64,000 nt of DNA from Patescibacteria group bacterium. GTDB lineage: Bacteria; Patescibacteriota; Microgenomatia; UBA8517. Positions within the stretch are counted from its first letter, which is position 1. Each line of letters opens with the position of its first letter. This document shows, piece by piece, positions 28,963 to 39,753 of this stretch. The translations under genes were made by a program, and so were the position numbers. The notes under the pieces are model-generated. The model searched no databases. It was not told the origin of the DNA and was given only the letters and a program-made list of their open reading frames with translations. Location of the stretch: positions 11,271 through 75,270 of the forward strand of contig JAOAEL010000004.1 of NCBI GenBank assembly GCA_026416845.1. The letters are read 5' to 3'.

Positions 28963-29946
28963 ATGGCTAAAAAAATAGAAATTTCCTATAAAACAATTGT
29001 TTTTACTGTTTTATTTTTGCTTGGGTTGTGGGTTTTGTATTTAATAAAAGATATTTTACTTGCCTTTTTTGTTTCTTTGTTGATAATGGCTATACTTAAT
29101 CCACTTGTTACAAAGTTATCCAAGTACAATATTCCACGTGCTGTGTCTGTAATTCTTGTTTACTTTTTTGTTATTGGTTTGTTGGCTGTAAGTTTTATTG
29201 CCATAATACCACCTTTGATTAGTCAAACTTCAAATTTTTTAGCTAATTTGCCAATGTATATTTCCAGACTTGGAGTTTCCTATGATATTAGTGAATATGT
29301 GGTAGGTCAGTTGACTTCTGATTTGGGAGAGATTACAAGAAGGGCTGCAAGTATAACAGTATCTGTCTTTTCGAATATAATCGGCATTGTTACTGTTTTG
29401 GTTTTTGCTTTTTATCTTCTTTTAATGAGGGATAATTTAGATGAACATTTGGGTATTTTTTTTGATAGCAAAAGAAGAAAATTGATCGTGGAAACAATAG
29501 AAATTGTCGAAAGAAAAATGGGATCATGGGCAACAGGACAAATTATACTTATGTTTGCTGTGGGGTTTGCTAATTATATAGGTCTTAGTTTGCTTGGCGT
29601 TCCTTATGCGCTTCCTCTTGCAATATTTGCGGGTTTTTTGGAAATAGTTCCTTATTTGGGGCCAATATTAGCGGCTATACCTCCAATTTTAATCGGTCTT
29701 GGAATATCACCTTTTTTAGGATTCTCTGCTTTGGCTCTTGCTTTTATTATTCAACAATTAGAAAACTATGTTTTGGTTCCTAAAATTATGCAAAGCTCAA
29801 CTGGTGTTGATCCAATTGTAACTTTGGTTGCTCTTGCAATTGGTTTTCAGTTGGCTGGTATTGTTGGAGTTTTGATAGCGGTGCCTGTCGTAATAATTAT
29901 TCAGGTAATATTTTTTGAGATTTATTTGAAAAGGAAATTTGTGTAG
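28963..29946 (+). CDS. AI-2E family transporter
   Basis: Multi-TM protein; IVPYLGP, QQLENYVLVPKIM and G..G...AVP patterns. Confidence 0.88.
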   Translation: MAKKIEISYKTIVFTVLFLLGLWVLYLIKDILLAFFVSLLIMAILNPLVTKLSKYNIPRAVSVILVYFFVIGLLAVSFIAIIPPLISQTSNFLANLPMYISRLGVSYDISEYVVGQLTSDLGEITRRAASITVSVFSNIIGIVTVLVFAFYLLLMRDNLDEHLGIFFDSKRRKLIVETIEIVERKMGSWATGQIILMFAVGFANYIGLSLLGVPYALPLAIFAGFLEIVPYLGPILAAIPPILIGLGISPFLGFSALALAFIIQQLENYVLVPKIMQSSTGVDPIVTLVALAIGFQLAGIVGVLIAVPVVIIIQVIFFEIYLKRKFV

Positions 29947-30023
29947 ATAATTTTTGGGGTAATGTTGTTTTATTGTTTTTGAAAAGGTGAATTTCCTTGA
30001 CTTTTTTGTTATACTATGCACGT

Positions 30024-30431
30024 AGATTTGGAGAGAGGACAACTACTTTGGTTTTTTAACCGAAGAGGAAAGTCCAGGCAGCAGTAGGCAGGGTGTCTTA
30101 GGGTAAAACCAAGAACGTATAATTTCTCTTTTAGTTTAATTTTGACTAGAGAGAAAAAAGCGCTAGTTAGAGCAACAGAGACTACGACTCATCTGACTTT
30201 TAATAAAGTCAGAAAGAGGGTGAAAAGGGCAATCCTCCCCGCTGCAACCTTCGAATTTGACGTTATTAGGATGCCTACCCGATTTTTGAGCAATCAAAAA
30301 ACGTCATAAAGTTTAAGGGCAATCTGTGGAAAACAGATACATAAGTACAAATTGACTTATTGTAGATAGATTGTTGTCAGTTCACCTTTTAAGGTGAATG
30401 AACAGAATCTGGCTTACTCCTCTCCAAATCT
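30024..30431 (+). ncRNA. rnpB: RNase P RNA
   Basis: P1 AGATTTGGAGA/TCTCCAAATCT; conserved GAGGAAAGTCC, GCAACAGAGA, GGGTGAAA and AACAGAATCTGGCTTA; extended -10 TGTTATACT at 30007-30015. Confidence 0.92.
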
Positions 30432-30465
30432 TAAGATGAAATTGTGATTATTTATTTAGGAAAAT

Positions 30466-30684
30466 ATGAAAGAAAGAGAAACTTTTTTAGAAAAAGGTAT
30501 ACGATATCTAAACTACGCTGATTTAGCTGTTATCGTTACTGGCCTAACAGCAGGTGTTTTGTTTGGTGTCCCCTCTGGGTATACATGGGCAGCATATGGT
30601 ATTGTATCGTATATTGCCGGTCTTATTGCTCAGAATTATTTAAGAGAAAGAAGATTGAAATCTACTTCGCTTCATTTTGCTTAG
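30466..30684 (+). CDS. small two-TM hypothetical protein
   Basis: ATG with AGGA upstream; two hydrophobic segments. Confidence 0.55.
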   Translation: MKERETFLEKGIRYLNYADLAVIVTGLTAGVLFGVPSGYTWAAYGIVSYIAGLIAQNYLRERRLKSTSLHFA

Positions 30685-30757
30685 AACTGTTATTCGTGTT
30701 TATAATTGTGTAGTGTAGGAGCTTAGTTTATCTAGAGTTTATATTTTAATTCTTTCT

Positions 30758-32443
30758 ATGAACCTGCCGCTAGAAACACTCAAAAAAATCATTGTAGGAT
30801 CGGGATTTGTTACAGAGCAAGCCTTTGACGATGTTGTTAAATCCGCTTTAGAAATTGGCAAAGATCCAATAGACGCTTTGGTTTTTCACGGACTTATAAA
30901 TGAAGACACAGTAGGCAGATTGATTGCCGATTATTACAAAGTAAATTACATTGTTCTTAAACGTATCAAAATAGACAAAGAAGTGTTGGATTTGATTCCA
31001 GAAAAAATGGTTAGGCTTTATAGAATAATTCCGTTTGAGAAAGAGGGATCAAAACTTAAGCTTGCCATGGAAAATCCAGAAGACTTTGAGGCTTTGGAAT
31101 TTGCCAAAAGAGTAACAGGTCTTTCCATAGAAGTTTATTACGCCAGGAAGGAAGATATGGATCGTGCTTATGGACAGTATCAAAAAGGAATTGAGGAAGA
31201 TTTCGAGAAAATAATTAAAGAAAATGTTCAGAAGACTGGAGAAATAAGCACTGATGATCTTGTTAAAGCTGCTGAAAAACTGCCTATTGTAAAAATTTTA
31301 GAAAGTATAATAAGTTATGCCATTTTTGAAAAGGCATCTGATATACATATAGAAACACAGGCAGAAGAAGTTATAGTCAGATACAGAATAGATGGGATCT
31401 TAAAAGATATTATCAAATTGCCTCGTGGTGTTGAAGCTGCTTTGGTGGCGCGTGTAAAAATTTTATCAAATTTGAAAATTGATGAACATAGAGTGCCTCA
31501 AGATGGCAGGCACAAATTCAATGCTGGCGGAAACGAGATTTCTTTGCGTATTTCGATAATTCCCGGTTTTTACGGCGAAAATGTTGTCATGAGACTTTTG
31601 ACGGAGTCGTCAAGACCACTGTCTTTGGAAGAATTGGGTTTGACAGGCAGAAATTTGGATCTTATTAAAGATAGTATCGATCGTCCGCATGGTATGATTT
31701 TGGTGACAGGTCCAACAGGTTCAGGCAAGACTACTACTTTATATTCTATTTTAAATATTCTCAACACAGTTGATGTAAAGATTTGCACAATAGAAGATCC
31801 GGTTGAATATGGAATGAATCGGGTAACACAAATCCAAGTCAACACAAAAACCGGACTTGATTTTGCATCTGGTCTTCGAGCTCTTCTGAGGCATGATCCT
31901 GACATAATAATGGTTGGAGAAATTCGCGATCAAGAGACTGCAGAGATTGCGATACATGCGGCTCTAACAGGACATTTGGTTTTATCTACCTTGCATACAA
32001 ATACCGCCGCTGGTGCAATACCTCGCTTTATTGATATGGGAGCTGAAGGTTTTTTGCTTGCTTCAACTTTAAATGTGATTGTAGCTCAGCGTTTGGTGAG
32101 AAAATTATGCTCCAATTGTGTGATGAACTATAACCCGCCAACTGACCTTGTAAAGAAATTATCTAAAGAATTGAATATAGATTTGACAGCGCAGAAATTT
32201 TACAAGGGTAAAGGTTGCAGTTTGTGTGGAGGCAAAGGTTATGTTGGCAGAATTGGAATTTATGAAGTTCTGCCTGTGACAGAAAAAGTGAGGACTTTGA
32301 TTGCAAAAAAGTCAACTTCAGATGAGATACAGAAAGAAGCCGTAAGAGAAGGAATGATTACAATGTTGCAAGACGGTATAGACAAGGTGGCTGCTGGATT
32401 AACTTCTTTAGAGGAGGTTCTTCGTGTTGTGCGTGAAAATTAA
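30758..32443 (+). CDS. pilB: type IV pilus assembly ATPase (PilB/GspE)
   Basis: ASDIHIE, PQDGR, GPTGSGKTTT, TIEDPVE, LRHDPD, TGHLVLSTLH, tetra-Cys motif. Confidence 0.92.
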   Translation: MNLPLETLKKIIVGSGFVTEQAFDDVVKSALEIGKDPIDALVFHGLINEDTVGRLIADYYKVNYIVLKRIKIDKEVLDLIPEKMVRLYRIIPFEKEGSKLKLAMENPEDFEALEFAKRVTGLSIEVYYARKEDMDRAYGQYQKGIEEDFEKIIKENVQKTGEISTDDLVKAAEKLPIVKILESIISYAIFEKASDIHIETQAEEVIVRYRIDGILKDIIKLPRGVEAALVARVKILSNLKIDEHRVPQDGRHKFNAGGNEISLRISIIPGFYGENVVMRLLTESSRPLSLEELGLTGRNLDLIKDSIDRPHGMILVTGPTGSGKTTTLYSILNILNTVDVKICTIEDPVEYGMNRVTQIQVNTKTGLDFASGLRALLRHDPDIIMVGEIRDQETAEIAIHAALTGHLVLSTLHTNTAAGAIPRFIDMGAEGFLLASTLNVIVAQRLVRKLCSNCVMNYNPPTDLVKKLSKELNIDLTAQKFYKGKGCSLCGGKGYVGRIGIYEVLPVTEKVRTLIAKKSTSDEIQKEAVREGMITMLQDGIDKVAAGLTSLEEVLRVVREN

Positions 32444-32449
32444 ATTAAT

Positions 32450-33655
32450 ATGCTATTTACCTATAAAGCCAAAGATAAAAGTGGGAGAATAGTTGAAGAT
32501 GTTATTCAAGCTACAGACAAAAAGGAAGTGCTTGCTTTTTTAATTGCAGAACGTCTTTCACCGCTTTCTGTAAAAACGCTAATTCAGAAAAAAGAACTTT
32601 TTGCCAAGGGCATATCAATTTCTGAAAAGGCGGCTTTTTGCAGATTTATGGCAACAATGTTAAGGGCTGGCTTGCCTCTTCCTGAGGCGATTGATATTTT
32701 AAGGCAAGAAGCGCAAAGCAAAACAATGAAGCAAGTGCTTTTTGATGTTTCATTTAACATAAGAAAAGGTAGCACATTGTTTTCTGTGATGTCTAAATAT
32801 AAAACTGAATTTGACGCGGTTTTTTTGACCATGATAAAAGCTGGGGAAGAATCAGGTACGTTAGAGCAATCTTTTGATTATTTGGCAAAACAACTTTTGG
32901 CTTCTTATGAATTATCTCAGAAAGTGAAAAGCTCAATGATGTATCCAAGCGTTATTATTTTGGCGATGATTGCTAGCGCAATCATAATGGTTGCTTTTGT
33001 TTTGCCTCAGATGTCTAAGGTTTTTTTAACTTTAAATGTTGAATTACCGGCAGTTACCAAATTTGTTCTTAATACTGGCAAAACAATTGGAGAAAATTTG
33101 ACTGTAACTTTAAGTCTATTCTTTTTTGCAATGTTTGTTGTGATAATGCTTTTTGTAATTCGCAAAACAAGGGCATTTTTGGTTTCATACATTGTCAAAT
33201 TGCCAGTAATAAGCAAAGTTATGGATCAACTTGACACTGCCAGATTTGCAAGAACTTTGTCCACGCTTCTTAGAAGCGGAGTTCCAATAATGGTTGCTTT
33301 GGATGTTTCTTCGGATGTTCTTAAACAACCGCATCTAAAAAAACAAGCGAAAGAATTTAGCATAGGTGTTGCAAAGGGCAAGTCCCTTGCAGAGATTTTG
33401 GTTGCCCAAAAAAGATCTTTTCCTGAAACAATGATTCAAACAATAAGAGCAGGTGAAAAAACAGGTAGTTTGGAGGTGGTGCTTGATGAGCTGGCAAGTT
33501 TTTATGAATTAGAAGTGGATTATAGCTTAAAAAGAGCAACTGCCTTAATCGAACCAATTTTAATGCTTTTAATTGGACTTGCTGTTGGCGCTATGGTTAT
33601 ACTTATGATTACTCCGATATATAGTATTGTTGGTGGTTTGGAAGGGGGTTTCTGA
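32450..33655 (+). CDS. pilC: type IV pilus platform protein (PilC/GspF)
   Basis: Two GspF repeats (AGEESGTL, AGEKTGSL), MMYP, LIEP. Confidence 0.92.
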   Translation: MLFTYKAKDKSGRIVEDVIQATDKKEVLAFLIAERLSPLSVKTLIQKKELFAKGISISEKAAFCRFMATMLRAGLPLPEAIDILRQEAQSKTMKQVLFDVSFNIRKGSTLFSVMSKYKTEFDAVFLTMIKAGEESGTLEQSFDYLAKQLLASYELSQKVKSSMMYPSVIILAMIASAIIMVAFVLPQMSKVFLTLNVELPAVTKFVLNTGKTIGENLTVTLSLFFFAMFVVIMLFVIRKTRAFLVSYIVKLPVISKVMDQLDTARFARTLSTLLRSGVPIMVALDVSSDVLKQPHLKKQAKEFSIGVAKGKSLAEILVAQKRSFPETMIQTIRAGEKTGSLEVVLDELASFYELEVDYSLKRATALIEPILMLLIGLAVGAMVILMITPIYSIVGGLEGGF

Positions 33656-33658
33656 GAA

Positions 33659-33979
33659 ATGCAAGGTAGAATTTTTTTGCTTTTGGCAATTTTGGTTTTA
33701 TCATCCATTTTGTTTATCCACATTTTGTCAAAAAATTCAAACAGCTTGCGCATTGATGAAGAAATTGTTCCCAACTTTGAGCAAAGCGCGCAGGAAGATT
33801 TTGGAGACGAGGTTTCTTTGGATAAATACTTTAACTTTGATAGTAATGATAACCAAGAAAGTGTTAATCAAAAAATTACTCCAAGCATTTCAAAAAGTAA
33901 AGAAAGATTATGCTTGCTTGACGGACAGATTGTCAAGGAAGGCACAGTTAATGCAAATACAATATGTGTTGGTCAATAA
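33659..33979 (+). CDS. small membrane-anchored hypothetical protein
   Basis: ATG 3 nt after pilC; N-terminal TM; C-terminal Cys pair. Confidence 0.5.
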   Translation: MQGRIFLLLAILVLSSILFIHILSKNSNSLRIDEEIVPNFEQSAQEDFGDEVSLDKYFNFDSNDNQESVNQKITPSISKSKERLCLLDGQIVKEGTVNANTICVGQ

Positions 33980-33988
33980 ATAGATAAG

Positions 33989-35371
33989 CTATCTTTCTTC
34001 CCAAGATATAAATCTATACTCTCCAGTTGTTGGAAAATAAGGAGGTGGAAAATATAACAAATTTGGGTCATAAGTTACTGTTCTTGTCCTGAATCCTGAT
34101 ACAGGAGGATTGCCAAAATTCCAGTAGCTTTTGTTGTAAGAAATTATTGATCCAAAAATTGTTAAACTGTTTTTTAGAGCTTGCTGTGTACCCCCACAAG
34201 ACGATAAATAACCATGTCTTATGATTTTCCCTCTTTGGGACATAAAAGCCCCGTCTATTCGAAAATTGTCGGGTAAATCTCTTACAAAATAAATGTCATT
34301 TTGCGCAATTAAACCGAAACTATTTGTTTTGTCGTATGTTTCGTATACTATGTTGTTTCTAATCCATATGTTCATTGCATTAGAATCAATGGGGAATCTG
34401 GCGGCAACAACTGTTACTCTTCCATCAATTGTTCCTTCTACCCATAAATGATCTTCTGCAAAAACTATTGGTCTTTGATCGACATTGTATGTGCCGATTA
34501 GTGTTTCAGATGTAATTCTCTGATGTAAATTTTGACAGCCTTCTTCAGCGCTATAACCGGTATAGTAATTAGTTCCTGTTACTCTATACACTCTGAAAGT
34601 GCCATCAGCATTAAAAATCAAGTGGTATCCACGCGATCCAGATGGCGCTAGGTAAAGTCCGTTATTTTGGGCTTGAGTTCTCATGTTGGTAAAATCAAAT
34701 GAAATTGCATTAAAATCAATCGCTGGAACGGGGTATTGCCATAAGCCAGAATCTCCTCCGGATCCCCACACTCCGGGTCTGGTTTGAGGTGGCGAGCATC
34801 CGGTTTCTGACCCGCATGTGTATCTGTCTCTTGCGCTTGTGACAAGTGACAAATTTGTCCCGTCCATTCTTATGCCGTTATTAGAGTGAACAGGACCGTT
34901 TACTGTTATATTCGTTCCGTACCAACTGCTTGCATTTGACAAAAAAGAATAATTTGCAAAAGATGGTTGTCCATATTGAGCTATTATCGTTCTTCTTACG
35001 TTAGGATGTGTTTTTGTCCAACCGGTTGATCGTATTGTGACAACAGACGATCCTGCGGATGGAGTGGTTATGTCAAGTTCAAAACTGCCAATTGAGTTTC
35101 CCTGCGGGTCAAAATATTCGTGTGTGTAAGTTCCATCTTTGCCAGTGCCGTCTTGGTAGTCGTCAGGATCATGTGCCAAGTGCCATTTATAGTAGTTAAT
35201 TCCCGCTTCCGCGATATAAAGCGCTTGTTCCGAGGAGACTTGGCGGTTTGAATAATCAAACTGTAGAGAGAATACAAAAAGGATTGAGTAGATTACAGTC
35301 AAAAACGCTGCAACTATAATAAGCAAAGCAGGTGTAATTGTGCCTTTGGGCTTTAATCTTTCTTTTAGCAT
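33989..35371 (-). CDS. PilX-like minor pilin with large C-terminal domain
   Basis: KG|TITPALL prepilin-like N-terminus lacking E5; ALYIAEAGINY PilX N-terminal motif. Confidence 0.75.
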   Translation of the reverse strand: MLKERLKPKGTITPALLIIVAAFLTVIYSILFVFSLQFDYSNRQVSSEQALYIAEAGINYYKWHLAHDPDDYQDGTGKDGTYTHEYFDPQGNSIGSFELDITTPSAGSSVVTIRSTGWTKTHPNVRRTIIAQYGQPSFANYSFLSNASSWYGTNITVNGPVHSNNGIRMDGTNLSLVTSARDRYTCGSETGCSPPQTRPGVWGSGGDSGLWQYPVPAIDFNAISFDFTNMRTQAQNNGLYLAPSGSRGYHLIFNADGTFRVYRVTGTNYYTGYSAEEGCQNLHQRITSETLIGTYNVDQRPIVFAEDHLWVEGTIDGRVTVVAARFPIDSNAMNIWIRNNIVYETYDKTNSFGLIAQNDIYFVRDLPDNFRIDGAFMSQRGKIIRHGYLSSCGGTQQALKNSLTIFGSIISYNKSYWNFGNPPVSGFRTRTVTYDPNLLYFPPPYFPTTGEYRFISWEER

Positions 35372-35377
35372 ATTATT

Positions 35378-35986
35378 TTACAAGTTTTCTTTTAGAGATC
35401 TTATTTGTATATAAGTTTCCAAAATGTAATTTCTATTATTATTTTCTTTTGGATTTATTTCCAAATAAAGTCTCATTAATTTAGTGTCTGAAAGTCTTGT
35501 GGGAGTATTTAATGGGTTATTTGTGGTATCTTGTGGCCAGTTTTCATTGTAGTAATAAAAAATTGGAGTTGTGCCATTTCTTACATTTTCAGCAACAACT
35601 TTTATTTTTTCATTTTGTCTTGGGTAATTTACCGGAAAGCCAGTTGGTTCAATTACTCCTTTGATTAAAGAGTTACCCGAGAGGGTGTATCTTATTCTGT
35701 CAACTCTGCCATCATAATTGTAATCCGAATAAAATATTAGTTCACTATCTGCGGCTCTCTCAAGGGCGTATGCTCCATTTTCTGCTGTTTTAGCGTTTCT
35801 TAATTCTCGCGCCATTGTGGAAATGTTTGAATTTGCTTCATCTACGCTGAGATAGTTTCTCCATACTTCCACTTGATTTTGACTTATGATGTATTGCAAT
35901 CCCAAAATTGCAAGACCAAGCACAACAGTGATTGAAGCAACTATCAATACTTCGACTAAAGTAAATCCTTTGTTTTTTGTTTTCAT
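35378..35986 (-). CDS. minor pilin (PilW-like)
   Basis: KG|FTLVEVLI class III signal peptide; RELRNA. Confidence 0.85.
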   Translation of the reverse strand: MKTKNKGFTLVEVLIVASITVVLGLAILGLQYIISQNQVEVWRNYLSVDEANSNISTMARELRNAKTAENGAYALERAADSELIFYSDYNYDGRVDRIRYTLSGNSLIKGVIEPTGFPVNYPRQNEKIKVVAENVRNGTTPIFYYYNENWPQDTTNNPLNTPTRLSDTKLMRLYLEINPKENNNRNYILETYIQIRSLKENL

Positions 35987-37329
35987 TGTGAAAGTATTAC
36001 ATCGTAGATAGTTTGTCCTGATACGGGTATTGTTGTGTTCACCTCTAAAAATCCTGAAGCGCTGGCATAGAGATAGTAGTTTGCATTTGACAATGAATCA
36101 AAAAAGACTTGTCCATAATCAGGATCTGTGTTTTGTCCTGATAGAATTGTTTGATTAAATGAACCATTGTCGCGAAGTGTAGCTGAGACCGAGGCAATTG
36201 GGACATTTGATGAGTTGGTAAATCTAATTAGTAAGCTATTAGGTGTTCTACTTGATAAAGCCAACCTTAAATTCGTATTTGCATTTGGGATTATTGTGAT
36301 TGGGGTAAATGGATTTGTTCCTGAAAAGGTATAATTGGAATTTGCAGGAAGGCTAATTGAATAATTATCCCACTCAAGATTATTGATTACTAAATTACCT
36401 TCTGAATTAGTAGCAAAAGAATTAGAATACTTATAAACCGGATTATCATTTGTATCTGTGCCTATAATTTTTGTTCCTCTGATGTTAAGAGTTATATTTC
36501 CAAGAGGAGAAAAATTGCTTTCGCGGTTATTAGTGGTATTGATTGTTAATGTGCTTGTTCTATCTATAGTAAAACTTGCTTCTGTTAATTGTCCTTCCAA
36601 AACAGTTTGGTGCGGCTTAGTTGGATTTGCCACTTCAGATGTGCTGTATGTTCTGTCAACGCTAAATCCGTTTTTAGTAGCTGTAATTTGGTAACACGAA
36701 GTGCAAGCCGGCGCTCCGGGCAAGATTATTCTTCCATTTGCCGCAGTTTGAAGAGTTAGATTTACAGGCGGGTTTGTGTTTGGCGCTCTTATTTGCACTT
36801 CAGCTTGAGGCACAGGATTTCCATTTGCATTAAATACCAGAATTGACAAAGTCCCACCACCTACAGTAGTTTCGACCCCGCGTGGAGCTATATCGGTAAC
36901 AAACACAACTGGATTTTTTCTTGATTTTGCTATTCCTTCCCACGATACTGCCACTCTAACTCTTTTGTAATCGGTAGGAAGCAAATCATTTGGTGCGGTA
37001 TTGTCAAATTCATCATCTACATACACGACATCAGTAGAAACAGTATAAGTAAGTCCATTTCTTCTTATTGTTTCTTCTTGTTCCAAAGGTCCGTTTGGTA
37101 TACCACCTATAGTGCCTATGTTTTCATAAGGCAAATTTTTGATTATTTCAATTTTTTCTTGTGCAAGATGCCTTGCTGTTATGCGCGCTCTGTTAAAACT
37201 AGTTAACAAATAGGAGCCTTTTATCAATGAAAAAACTGCGTTTGCCAAGAGCAAAAATATTACAATGCCAATGATTGTCGCAAGAAGTGTTTGTCCGTTA
37301 ATTAATTTTTTTCTGGCATGCACAATCAT
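35983..37329 (-). CDS. PilV-like minor pilin with beta-sandwich (carboxypeptidase-regulatory-like) domains
   Basis: G|QTLL prepilin-like start; A..LAQEKIE.IKN; YKRVRVAVSW; then repeats such as GNPVPQAEV, GRIILPG, YQITATKNGF. Confidence 0.7.
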   Translation of the reverse strand: MIVHARKKLINGQTLLATIIGIVIFLLLANAVFSLIKGSYLLTSFNRARITARHLAQEKIEIIKNLPYENIGTIGGIPNGPLEQEETIRRNGLTYTVSTDVVYVDDEFDNTAPNDLLPTDYKRVRVAVSWEGIAKSRKNPVVFVTDIAPRGVETTVGGGTLSILVFNANGNPVPQAEVQIRAPNTNPPVNLTLQTAANGRIILPGAPACTSCYQITATKNGFSVDRTYSTSEVANPTKPHQTVLEGQLTEASFTIDRTSTLTINTTNNRESNFSPLGNITLNIRGTKIIGTDTNDNPVYKYSNSFATNSEGNLVINNLEWDNYSISLPANSNYTFSGTNPFTPITIIPNANTNLRLALSSRTPNSLLIRFTNSSNVPIASVSATLRDNGSFNQTILSGQNTDPDYGQVFFDSLSNANYYLYASASGFLEVNTTIPVSGQTIYDVILSQ

Positions 37330-37375
37330 TGCAATTCAAGTATAGCATTGACATAATGAATAAAGCTGCTTTGTC

Positions 37376-38806
37376 ATGTTTAGAAAATCTTTTATTTCAA
37401 TTTTTTTTCACAAAAATAAGCTCTATGTCGTGCAGTTATCTTCTGACAAAAAGAAAATAAAAAAGCACATATCAATTCCGATTGATAATAAAATAATAGT
37501 TGATGACAGAGTAAAAGACACTTCACTTCTCTCAAAAGTAATTGCCGATGTTTGGGAGAAGATGAAATTTAAAGAAAAATTTGTGGCGATTGTGATACCA
37601 GAATATTGCGCTTTTACAAAATTGATAAAAGTTCCCAAGATGCCAAACTCTGAACTCCATGAAGCAGTGTTATTGCAGAGCCAGGAATTTTTACCAAGTG
37701 AGAAAGAAAGATTTATTTTGGATTGGAAGATTGTGGATGATTTTCAAGATGAATACGAAGTTTTGGTCGTTGTGGTGAAGGAAAGTTTGCTTTTTGGGTA
37801 CATAAGAGCTGTTGAGAAAGCAGGTCTTTTCCCTCTTTTAGTTGAGATACCTTCTCTATCTTTGTCCCGATTGATAGGATATGACGAATCGGTAATTATG
37901 GTTTATGTCTTGGATCAAAGCGTAATCATTATTTTTTCTAAAAAAGGCAAAGTTATTGCAAGTTCGGTTTTATCCACTTTTGATTTTGAGGAAATATTTG
38001 TTACAGTGAAACGGATTTTAAATCATTACAAAGATGTACAAGTAGATTCAATTAAGGTTAGTGGGGATTTAAATGGAAATGCTGAATTTGTACTGGAAAG
38101 TTTGAGCAAGATTTGCCCCAACACTTCTTATGTAGACTTAAGTTTTGGTGGTTTTACACGTGATGAAGCGCAAGATTATTTGATACCTTTATCTATGCAG
38201 ACTGCCAAGCCTTCAGATCCTTTGGATGTTTACACTATTAACCTTTTGCCAGAAGAATTAGTTGTAAAATACAAAAACAAAGGATTGCGTTTGCGATTGT
38301 GGGGTTTATTGTTGTCTATCACTTTTTTTATTTGGATTTGTTTGTTTAGTGCACTTGGAGTTTATCTTTACCTAAACAAATTGCTGGTAAATTTTGAAAA
38401 ACTTGCTATCAAAAGTGACATAACAAAAGAGCAAGAATCTGCCTTAAAAAACTCTCAAGAGATTATTTCTGTTACAACAAAAGTTTTAAATATAAAAAAT
38501 GCGACTAGCTCGCCTATTGAGTTGCTTTCTATTATTGAAAAAGCCAGCCCAAAAGGTGTTGCAGTAAGAGAATACAAATTAAACTTTGACAAAGGGCAAG
38601 TCAACATAAAAGGCATTGCGCCTAATCGATTGTCTTTAATTGAATTTAAACAAAACTTGGGTAAAAGTGAAAACGTACAGAATGTTCAGGTGCCAATTTC
38701 ATCTTTTGAAGTTGATGCTAATTTAGAGTTTGACATTAGTTTTAGTTATATAACTAATGCCACAAAAATAGAACACAAAAATGACAAACAAAGACAACCA
38801 AAGTAA
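37376..38806 (+). CDS. PilM-PilN-like fusion protein
   Basis: Actin-like PilM N-terminal region, then INLLP motif, TM helix and a PilN-like periplasmic domain. Confidence 0.7.
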   Translation: MFRKSFISIFFHKNKLYVVQLSSDKKKIKKHISIPIDNKIIVDDRVKDTSLLSKVIADVWEKMKFKEKFVAIVIPEYCAFTKLIKVPKMPNSELHEAVLLQSQEFLPSEKERFILDWKIVDDFQDEYEVLVVVVKESLLFGYIRAVEKAGLFPLLVEIPSLSLSRLIGYDESVIMVYVLDQSVIIIFSKKGKVIASSVLSTFDFEEIFVTVKRILNHYKDVQVDSIKVSGDLNGNAEFVLESLSKICPNTSYVDLSFGGFTRDEAQDYLIPLSMQTAKPSDPLDVYTINLLPEELVVKYKNKGLRLRLWGLLLSITFFIWICLFSALGVYLYLNKLLVNFEKLAIKSDITKEQESALKNSQEIISVTTKVLNIKNATSSPIELLSIIEKASPKGVAVREYKLNFDKGQVNIKGIAPNRLSLIEFKQNLGKSENVQNVQVPISSFEVDANLEFDISFSYITNATKIEHKNDKQRQPK

Positions 38807-39515
38807 CAAAAGATATATGCACAATATTAAAGAATTGCCTGATGAGAAAGAAGATGTTTTTGTTGTCGAATCCGGTGAAAAATTAGATTTGGGCACTCAT
38901 GATTTTGATTTAGTAGATAAGCATTTGTCTACTCTTGATGATGATCAAGATAATGCTGGATTTTCTAACCAATCTAAAGAAAAAATAGTTTCTCTTAGGG
39001 AGGGCGTTTTAATAGTAATCAATGTAATCTCAATAACTTTTTTGGTGTTTTTGTTGTTTAGACTTCCTTATGAAGCGAAGAAAGTTCATAATTTACAAGT
39101 TGAAATCCAAAAAAATCAAAGCATTCAAAATACTGATGTTGCAGGTATAGAGTTGGCAAAAGAAAAAGCTGATAAATTAAAGAGTTTGTTTTTAAATGAT
39201 GAGGGCATTGTGCAATTTGTAAGCGCGATTGAGTCTCTAAAACAAAAAAATCAGTCTTTTGTAAAAGTGGAATTTCCTTCGCAAGAAGTTACAAAAGACA
39301 AAACTGGCAACATGACCATTCCTGTAATAATAGAATTATCTGGTAGTTGGTTAGAGGTTGGTAGAGGTTTTTCGGAAATTGAAGCGCTTCCATACCTTTT
39401 TAGGGCAGTTTCAATAGATATCAGGCCAAACAAGGTTGATCAAAATAAATTTGATGTCAAGTATGGGGGAGTTTTGTATGTTAGCGAGCAAACACCAAAG
39501 ACCAAAAATAGATAA
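38781..39515 (+). CDS. PilO-like protein
   Basis: Single TM, coiled coil, IELSGSW...FSEIEALPYL resembling the PilO core; follows pilMN. Confidence 0.55.
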   Translation: MTNKDNQSNKRYMHNIKELPDEKEDVFVVESGEKLDLGTHDFDLVDKHLSTLDDDQDNAGFSNQSKEKIVSLREGVLIVINVISITFLVFLLFRLPYEAKKVHNLQVEIQKNQSIQNTDVAGIELAKEKADKLKSLFLNDEGIVQFVSAIESLKQKNQSFVKVEFPSQEVTKDKTGNMTIPVIIELSGSWLEVGRGFSEIEALPYLFRAVSIDIRPNKVDQNKFDVKYGGVLYVSEQTPKTKNR

Positions 39516-39723
39516 ATTTACTTTTGCAATAATTGCCACTTTTTGTGTATTGGCGATGATTGTTTTGTGGACATTTCAGACTATCTTCTCTAGTATCATA
39601 ATCTCTCAAGAGATTACAGGTTTGGACACAGAATCAGAATTAAAGGTAAATCGTTTAAATGTTGACGAAGCTTATGAATTTGTTTTTAAAAAAGAGAAGA
39701 AGAGTTTATTTATTCAAGAATGA
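39478..39723 (+). CDS. small single-TM pilus-locus protein
   Basis: ATG overlapping the end of the pilO-like gene; one TM helix. Confidence 0.5.
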   Translation: MLASKHQRPKIDKFTFAIIATFCVLAMIVLWTFQTIFSSIIISQEITGLDTESELKVNRLNVDEAYEFVFKKEKKSLFIQE

Positions 39724-39753
39724 TAAATTTTAGATAAAGCGTAATATATATGT

